Position numbers and translations under genes: made by a program. Shown here in pieces: positions 55,705-61,874 of a stretch of DNA of 61,874 nt; within the stretch, counting starts at the first letter, position 1; the number at the start of each line of letters is the position of its first letter. The notes beneath the pieces were generated by a model. It made no database searches. It was not told the origin of the DNA and saw only the letters and a program-made list of their open reading frames with translations. The DNA is from a virus (lineage: Duplodnaviria; Caudoviricetes): IMG/VR virus record IMGVR_UViG_3300021404_000012, positions 1-61,874 of that record; one strand, given 5' to 3'.

Positions 55705-56916
55705 TCATGCACAGCAGTACGCATCCCAGGCTTTCATCAAGGGGATACGCCGCTCCAGCAGGTCGCTGCGCATGTAGGCCCGCGACGCCTTGTTGCCCAC
55801 CTTGTGGCCGATGGCTAGCTCGCAGGTTTCCCAATCAGCGAGCCCGACTTGCTCCCCGGCCCAGTCGCGGAAAGTCGAGCGGAAACCGTGGATGGTGATC
55901 TTATAGTCCACCAATGGGTAGCACACGGCGGGTAACACACCGTCGTTGATTGGCCTATCGCCTGCGTAGAAGCCTGGAAGTATGTAGCTGTTGCGTCGCT
56001 CTGTAGCGAGGATATCGAGAACTCCCCGCATCCGCTCGGTGATCGGGACGCGAAAATGTTTGAGAGGCGTACCCTCAAGCAGCTTCTTTAAGCCTCGCGT
56101 ATCCTTGGGGATGTTCCATAATTCGCCGGTTAGATCAAAGTCGTCCCACTTCGCATTGCGCACGACGCTCACCCGCATCCCCGAGAGCATCACCAGCTCA
56201 GCGCCTCGCGCAGCCATGTGGTCAACCTCGCGCAAGCGCGTCATGAACGCCGGGGCGTCGGCGGGCTCTAGGCGGGCATAGTTCTCCGTGCTGGGTTTGA
56301 CCAGTTTCGTGTCGATGCGATCTACCGGATTGATGAGGACGTAATCGTTATTCGCTGCGTAGCGGAACATTCGGTTCAACAGGTCACGCACCCGCCGTGG
56401 TACGTCCTTGTGTTTCGCTTTCAGTGACAGAAGGTGGTCACGAAGTTGTAGAGGGGTGATCGACCGAATGGGGAGTAACCCGAACTTTGGTAAGATGTGG
56501 AGTTCCGCTACTCGACAGCAGGTGCTCCTGTGGAGATAGCTGGTCTCGCCCAACAGTAGTTCTTTTGACCATTCTCGCCAGACTTCCTCGACTGTCCGCG
56601 CTTCGACTACTGCGACAGAATTTGCTCGCCGGCTGGCTTCCTTCTCAGCTTTGCGCTGAGCAATCGGGTCGCTGCCCCGGCGCAGGAGCTTCCTCGCGTC
56701 GTTACGGGCTTCGCGTGCGTCCGCTAGCGTTACGTCGCGCAGCGAACCCAGCCCCATCTCGCGGGTCTTGCCGCCCGACGGGTAACGGTACATCCACGAC
56801 TTAGCATTCTGATTAGTGATCTGCAGATAGAGCCCACCGCCATCGGCGTAGAGACCTGGGTTCCTCAGGTTCCTGACTTCTCTATCGGTCAAACGGTTGT
56901 GCTTAATCACTGGCAT
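55705..56916 (-). CDS. int: P4-like tyrosine integrase
   Basis: Arm-binding N-domain (YADGGGLYL), GMRVS, HGFRSTFRDW, IGH, RAY catalytic residues. Confidence 0.93.
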   Translation of the reverse strand: MPVIKHNRLTDREVRNLRNPGLYADGGGLYLQITNQNAKSWMYRYPSGGKTREMGLGSLRDVTLADAREARNDARKLLRRGSDPIAQRKAEKEASRRANSVAVVEARTVEEVWREWSKELLLGETSYLHRSTCCRVAELHILPKFGLLPIRSITPLQLRDHLLSLKAKHKDVPRRVRDLLNRMFRYAANNDYVLINPVDRIDTKLVKPSTENYARLEPADAPAFMTRLREVDHMAARGAELVMLSGMRVSVVRNAKWDDFDLTGELWNIPKDTRGLKKLLEGTPLKHFRVPITERMRGVLDILATERRNSYILPGFYAGDRPINDGVLPAVCYPLVDYKITIHGFRSTFRDWAGEQVGLADWETCELAIGHKVGNKASRAYMRSDLLERRIPLMKAWDAYCCA

Positions 56917-56929
56917 GTTGAGCCTCTTT

Positions 56930-57230
56930 CGATACCCACGAACCTACCCACGCCAGATAGCCGCTACCCACAAAAGCAAGCATTTTTTTATGCTCGCTTA
57001 GTGGGTCCCGCTAAAAACCCATAACCTACCCCACGATAAGTTGCTGGTTTTGGGTGAACGTCCGTGGTCTATGGTGAACTATGGTTGTCGCCTAAGCGAC
57101 TGGACTATAACAGCTTTGTGGTCTGCGGTGTTATACTATCGTCATCCTTCGGTTGCCTATCGAATACTCGCCGATTGATGTAATATCAATGGCTTACCCA
57201 TAAATCCTAATACAACCCAAGGTAAAATCC
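56930..57230. other. Probable attP region
   Basis: Non-coding gap upstream of int with clustered TACCCA/AACCCA arm-type repeats on both sides. Confidence 0.55.
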
Positions 57231-57241
57231 AAGAATAATTT

Positions 57242-60136
57242 TTAAGGGCTATTTGGCGGCTGCTTCGTAGGCCGGGGGCGGATCGGAATGACGTTGGTTC
57301 CAGCCGGCACTACCGTAGTGGGAACCCCATTGAGGATGTGGATAAGGTCGGGGTGGTTCAGGTCCAGCTCGACGTAGTTCACCCTGCCGTTGGTGCGCCA
57401 ACGATCACCCGCGCCGATCATGCCGCGCAGCGTCGGCCCGACTGCGCCATCCGCTTGCCAGCTCTCGTGCATCAGGCGGAAGACCACCATAGGCGATTTA
57501 CCTTGCTTATAGAGCCATACCTTGAACACGTCCTTGTCAAAGCGCAGCTTGCCGTCGTGGGTAGCAATCTGCGTGCAAGGTGCGTCGCGCGCGACGCCGT
57601 GCGGATACCGCCCACGGGGATCGTTGCCATGCGGACTAGCCCCCGGCTTCGTCTTGATTTCCTCGGTGACGATCAATCCGTTCTGGTGCGCAACGAGGTA
57701 TTCGTCGAGCACGTCGGTCAGCCGGATGCCGTCCTTACCGGGCTCGATCTCGGTGCGCTCCTGGCGTGATGTGGTGATCGCCCGCGCGAGGACGCGCACG
57801 ATGCCGGGAACATCGAACGTCGGGACTAGGCCAAGCTGCCGCGCGATGGCGGCACCGGCGACGATGCTTTTTGCCATGCTTAGATGAAAGCGTTCCTCCG
57901 GTCCGTAGGACCCGATCGCGTTGACGATGATGATGCCGGCCTTATCAAGCAGCGCCTTTACCTGCGGCTGGTGGGTCGCGATATACTGCGCGTACACCCG
58001 ACCTGCGTGTCCGTAGTTGTGCCTGAGCGGGGCTATGCGCGTCTCGGCCTGCGGGTCGCCGGCGTACTTGTGGGTCAGCTCGATCTCCAGCACACGCAGC
58101 AGCGTCGCGGACCTGTAAGTATGTTGGGCGGCGATCAGCTCGGTGATGCTGGCGTTCGCCGCCAGGGCGTAGATCGTCTCCCAGGTCCCTTGCTCGCGCA
58201 TACGGATGTCGCTCGTCAGCCGCCCCTTCTCGCGGCCTTGGGTGAGGGTATGCAACAACTCGAACGCTTTTTCATAGCTGTCCTTATTGACCATCGCCTC
58301 ATCCCAATACTGCGGAAGCGAGCGCGTCTGGCCGAGGCTTGCCATCTTGAAGTTCTCGGTGTCGGACAGCGACATGAGGTTTGTGAACTCGCTCCACACC
58401 GTCGTGCTGACGCGGAAGACGGAGGTTTTGCCGACGCCCGAGCGCCCGTTGAACGCGATGCAGCCGCCGGTCCCGCCGGCAAGTTCCATCAGCGGCGCAC
58501 CGAACGACAGCGCCAGGGCGACGTGCAGCTCCGGTACGCTGTCGATGACAAAGGCCGCGATGTCGCGCCACACGTCGAGCTTACCGACAGGCGTGTAGCG
58601 CGCCATCAGAACCTGATCGGCGCCGGCGGTATTATGCTCGACGCCATCGTGATTGTAGAAGCATCCACCGACAGCGAACCCGTCGTACTGGGCGTTGTGC
58701 AGCCAGCCGAATGTCGGGAGCGCCGCACGCGCCGCGCACGCGCCCATCAGCTTTTCGATCCATCCCATCAGCATCCTCGTAACGTTGAGCCAGTTGTCCC
58801 CCGAAACCAGTAAGCCTCGCTTGGCAATCTCGGCGCACCGCCGGTCAGTCAGCTCGGACCATAAGACATGCAGGTTGTCGATGACCCTGCCACCCGGCTC
58901 GGCGTAATCAAACGCGATGCGCTTGTCGCCTCCGACATACTCGACGCGCGGCCCCCTGATGTCGCCGGCTAGGAGCCGGTGCCATTGTTTATCCCGGTAG
59001 ACCTCGAACCCGTCAGTGCTGCGCCGGTATCCGTCCGGCGGTTCGTCGGGGCTGACGATCGCCTGCGCGGTCGCGAGCCCCAGCGTGAATGGGCTCTTGC
59101 CCTGCTGGTGCAGCGGGCAGCCGGTGCAGACGCCGGAGCGCTCGGTGTCGAAGTAAGCGCAGGTCGTCGCGCCGAAATTTTTGCGCTGGTGTTCCTGATC
59201 GATCCGGTCGAACTCGGCATCGGTGTCGTCAGGTTTGTAGTCAGTATGCTGCTCGCCGAGCTTGTGAGCCCAGTCGCGCCCGTCTTCACAAAAGAAGGCG
59301 AGGGTGAGCATCCCGCGCCAAAGCTGCCGCCCGTCATGCTCGCCACCCTCGGCCAGCGAGCGCGCCACCTGGGCGCAGCGCTGCGAGATCACGGCGAAGT
59401 CGCGCGGCGCTGCCGTGAGCCCCGCCTTGGCGTTCGCCGCCATCGAGGTTGCGGCCCGCTGGAACGCCGTCGCCGGTCGGCCACTACCGGTAGTTGGAGC
59501 CCAACCCAAGCTTCTCAATAAATCGTTGCGATCATAATCCGGCGCCGGTTTGGAGATCATTAAACAGGGCGCCGGGTTAGCGGGGATTTTGTAGTTGAAG
59601 GTCTCGATCGGGCGCAGGATGCGCGCCGCGTCGGCAACCACGCTGGCATCGCCCTTGACCCCGTGCGCGATGAGCGCGGCCTTGAGCGTCTCGGCGTGCG
59701 GCTGCCACTCGTCGCGCGTCATCGGCGGGTCGAACGTCCAATAGAGATGCACGCCATATCCCGATCTGACCCACACGTTAGGCAGCAGGATGCCGGTCGC
59801 CTTGCACATGGCGGCGACGCTGGCCTTCAGCTCGTTGAGGTCCTTAGATGCCTTGGCCGGGTCCGTCTTGCCGCCGCCAATTAAATCGGCGTCGAACCAG
59901 AACGCCCGCAACGCTTCGGCGTTTATCTGGAGACGGCGCTTCTTGGTGAAGGACGCGACGGCGAACCAAACATCGAACCCCTCGCTTGATTTCTGTTCAC
60001 AGAAATCGGCGGCAAGCTGGATGTCGGTGCGGGAAAACGAGGTTTCAAAAAAACGCGCGGGCTTACGTTGATACGCAACGACAATGTAACGGCCCGGCGG
60101 TATTATTCGATCAAGAAAACTGCTCAGAGGTGTCAT
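57242..60136 (-). CDS. Primase-helicase with DUF927 domain
   Basis: FDAD, SGYGVHLYW and RILRP primase motifs; Cys cluster; GRSGVGKT; WDE; QGREKGRL. Confidence 0.88.
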   Translation of the reverse strand: MTPLSSFLDRIIPPGRYIVVAYQRKPARFFETSFSRTDIQLAADFCEQKSSEGFDVWFAVASFTKKRRLQINAEALRAFWFDADLIGGGKTDPAKASKDLNELKASVAAMCKATGILLPNVWVRSGYGVHLYWTFDPPMTRDEWQPHAETLKAALIAHGVKGDASVVADAARILRPIETFNYKIPANPAPCLMISKPAPDYDRNDLLRSLGWAPTTGSGRPATAFQRAATSMAANAKAGLTAAPRDFAVISQRCAQVARSLAEGGEHDGRQLWRGMLTLAFFCEDGRDWAHKLGEQHTDYKPDDTDAEFDRIDQEHQRKNFGATTCAYFDTERSGVCTGCPLHQQGKSPFTLGLATAQAIVSPDEPPDGYRRSTDGFEVYRDKQWHRLLAGDIRGPRVEYVGGDKRIAFDYAEPGGRVIDNLHVLWSELTDRRCAEIAKRGLLVSGDNWLNVTRMLMGWIEKLMGACAARAALPTFGWLHNAQYDGFAVGGCFYNHDGVEHNTAGADQVLMARYTPVGKLDVWRDIAAFVIDSVPELHVALALSFGAPLMELAGGTGGCIAFNGRSGVGKTSVFRVSTTVWSEFTNLMSLSDTENFKMASLGQTRSLPQYWDEAMVNKDSYEKAFELLHTLTQGREKGRLTSDIRMREQGTWETIYALAANASITELIAAQHTYRSATLLRVLEIELTHKYAGDPQAETRIAPLRHNYGHAGRVYAQYIATHQPQVKALLDKAGIIIVNAIGSYGPEERFHLSMAKSIVAGAAIARQLGLVPTFDVPGIVRVLARAITTSRQERTEIEPGKDGIRLTDVLDEYLVAHQNGLIVTEEIKTKPGASPHGNDPRGRYPHGVARDAPCTQIATHDGKLRFDKDVFKVWLYKQGKSPMVVFRLMHESWQADGAVGPTLRGMIGAGDRWRTNGRVNYVELDLNHPDLIHILNGVPTTVVPAGTNVIPIRPRPTKQPPNSP

Positions 60137-60154
60137 ACCAACCTCGTGCAGACA

Positions 60155-60190
60155 AAGAGGGCGCGGCGGGCACCGCGCCCTCTTATTTTG
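60155..60190. terminator. Hairpin/terminator between the SSB-like gene and the primase
   Basis: AAGAGGGCGCGG...CCGCGCCCTCTT. Confidence 0.6.
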
Positions 60191-60192
60191 GG

Positions 60193-61269
60193 TTAAGCCG
60201 GGATGTCGGTCAGGAGATCATCGATCGCGCTCTCCAGATCGGGCGGTGCAGCGGCGGGCGGCTGCGCTGCTGACCCGCGCGGGCGTCCGCGCCCGTTGGC
60301 TTTTGGTGCAGCCGCCGGCTGCACCGGGCGTGTCGCCGCCGCGAACGGGTTGACCCTGCCCCGCGCCGCCGGCTCGGGCTCGGGCTCAGGTTCGGGCTCC
60401 GGTGGAGGCGGAGGCGGATCGGGTTCCTGCACAGGCGGGGGCTCGGGCTCTCCACCACCGCCACTGGCGACGCGGCGCGGCATCCGCAGGACCGTCGCCG
60501 GTTTACCGGGGATGTCAGCGTCCGCCGCCGGTGCGGCTGCCGATGCGGTAGGGCCGGCATCGTTCAGCAGGCGATCGATCAGCGGGCTCTCCATCGCCGC
60601 GAGTACGTCCGCCGCCTGAGCCTCATCGAGATACCCTAGCGCGGTGAAGTCTATCTTAGGGTATGCCACCTCGGGATCGAAGGTTAGGCGGGTGCCCACC
60701 CATGGCACGTCGGCGCCCTTGCGCGACAGGAAGTCGGCGTAGTTGGCGAGATTGGGCAGTGACGTTGGCGGGATGCGCAGCAGCATCGGCCCGCCCAGGC
60801 TCTCGTTGAGGATGTCACCCAACGGAACGATCGCGATCCGCCGGCTGTCCTGGCACGACTTGGCGCGCTTGCCGGCGTCGGTGATGCGCGAACCCCACTG
60901 GTTATGAGCACAGTTGCCGCAAGTGGGGTTCTGCTTCTTGGGTGCGCCGGCGTCGGGGGTGACACCATCGAGCGAGAAACAATCCGGCGCACTATCGTCA
61001 CCTTCGACGTAGGCGCGGGCATAATAAATCTTGCTGATCGACGGAGCGACACCGACGATCACCACGTCCAGCTCGGGCATCGGACGGTTCTGCGCGTCGC
61101 GCAGCAGCGTCTCCTCGCCCCGGTGTTTGAGCCGCCACGACCGGCCCTTGTAGCCAACGACAGCGAACGAGGCTTGCACCCCGGCGCGGGCGTTGTCGAG
61201 CATACCTGAGCTTTGGCGACCCTTGAACGCGGCAGGTGCGTGACCGTCCAGAGGAATAAGCGAACTCAT
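60193..61269 (-). CDS. Putative ssDNA-binding/annealing protein
   Basis: PDCFSLDG, CGNC, CQDSRR, LRIPPTSL core; Pro-rich linker; acidic tail IDDLL; located in replication module. Confidence 0.6.
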   Translation of the reverse strand: MSSLIPLDGHAPAAFKGRQSSGMLDNARAGVQASFAVVGYKGRSWRLKHRGEETLLRDAQNRPMPELDVVIVGVAPSISKIYYARAYVEGDDSAPDCFSLDGVTPDAGAPKKQNPTCGNCAHNQWGSRITDAGKRAKSCQDSRRIAIVPLGDILNESLGGPMLLRIPPTSLPNLANYADFLSRKGADVPWVGTRLTFDPEVAYPKIDFTALGYLDEAQAADVLAAMESPLIDRLLNDAGPTASAAAPAADADIPGKPATVLRMPRRVASGGGGEPEPPPVQEPDPPPPPPEPEPEPEPEPAARGRVNPFAAATRPVQPAAAPKANGRGRPRGSAAQPPAAAPPDLESAIDDLLTDIPA

Positions 61270-61311
61270 GGGGGAGCCTCATGTTTGAAAGTATGAGACT
61301 GTTACTTTCAC

Positions 61312-61692
61312 CTATGCGGAGCGGACGCGCAAGACCGTTGCCTGGGAAATCTTCACACCGGGGATCGGTTTTTTGGTTTCTTCGAGCACTTCTAAACTGG
61401 CGTTCTTCGCGACGCGAGCTTCGAGCAAATCCCACAACTCATGCTCGCGGATAAAGTCCAGCGTCCGTTCCCAGTTCTCGACCGTGACGCTGGTGCTGGT
61501 TTGCTTAAAGGCCGTGCCGGCGGGGCCGTTCACGCTGTCGAGCTTGGTCGCGTGCAGGTGCCGCATCAGCTCGGTTTCCAGTTGCTGCATCATGTTGATG
61601 TAGGGCTCCAGCTCCTTGACGTGCTTGCCCTTAATCTCCGCCGATTTATTGCGCAGCTTGATGTACTTCTCGATCATGTCCGCTGGCGTCAT
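61312..61692 (-). CDS. Conserved hypothetical replication-module protein
   Basis: MTPADMIEKYIKLR...W...LLEARV...IPGV. Confidence 0.7.
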   Translation of the reverse strand: MTPADMIEKYIKLRNKSAEIKGKHVKELEPYINMMQQLETELMRHLHATKLDSVNGPAGTAFKQTSTSVTVENWERTLDFIREHELWDLLEARVAKNASLEVLEETKKPIPGVKISQATVLRVRSA

Positions 61693-61743
61693 TCGCGGCT
61701 CCATTGCTTGATATTGTAGGGGGTGAGGTAGGCGAAGTTGATC

Positions 61744-61869
61744 CGCTTGTCTGGGGGATCGTCCCACCACAAGCGGGCGATCTCGTAGTTATCGCGTGCG
61801 CCCTCGAAGGGGTTCTCGATCCGGTCGATCACCCCGGCGTGTCCGCGCCAGGGTGAGTGATCTCCGGTA
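61744..61869. repeat. Terminal direct repeat/assembly overlap, copy of 1-126
   Basis: Exact copy of the window start. Confidence 0.95.
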
Positions 61870-61874
61870 GACCC

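Noticed and set aside
57075-57200. tRNA-derived att core or tRNA gene
   Set aside because: No recognisable T-arm/CCA sequence; no tRNA gene seen in the window

Overview
The window is an apparently complete, circularly permuted ~61.7-kb temperate podovirus-type phage genome. A 126-bp terminal overlap and an ORF running across the junction support this. The host is probably alphaproteobacterial, judged from the XRE repressor type. Modules: replication/recombination (primase-helicase, SSB-like protein, SNF2 helicase, VRR-NUC, Cas4-like nuclease, family-A DNA polymerase); a MoxR-like AAA/vWA-metallopeptidase module; small early accessory genes; terminase genes transcribed divergently from the portal-capsid-tail-ejection operon; and an integrase/xis/repressor/C4-like RNA lysogeny module. 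The standout is an RNA-guided TIGR-Tas-like system: one nuclease-less Nop/IS110-related protein (12485-13372) plus about 40 dual-spacer guide units (GAGCCC-N8-GCGAGAACCCC-N8-GCGC) at eight loci around the genome. Read as spacerA + reverse-complement(spacerB), many guides give 16-nt near-matches to this phage's own genes and promoters. In the clearest coding cases every mismatch is synonymous, and the three single-unit cassettes sit next to the gene they match. This suggests guides aimed at related phages, with the resident genome recoded to escape. Two further dispersed DNA motifs were found: >30 CACTAC-N1-2-GTAGTG mini-palindromes and a 21-bp palindromic operator. All matches were found by eye and need computational confirmation.
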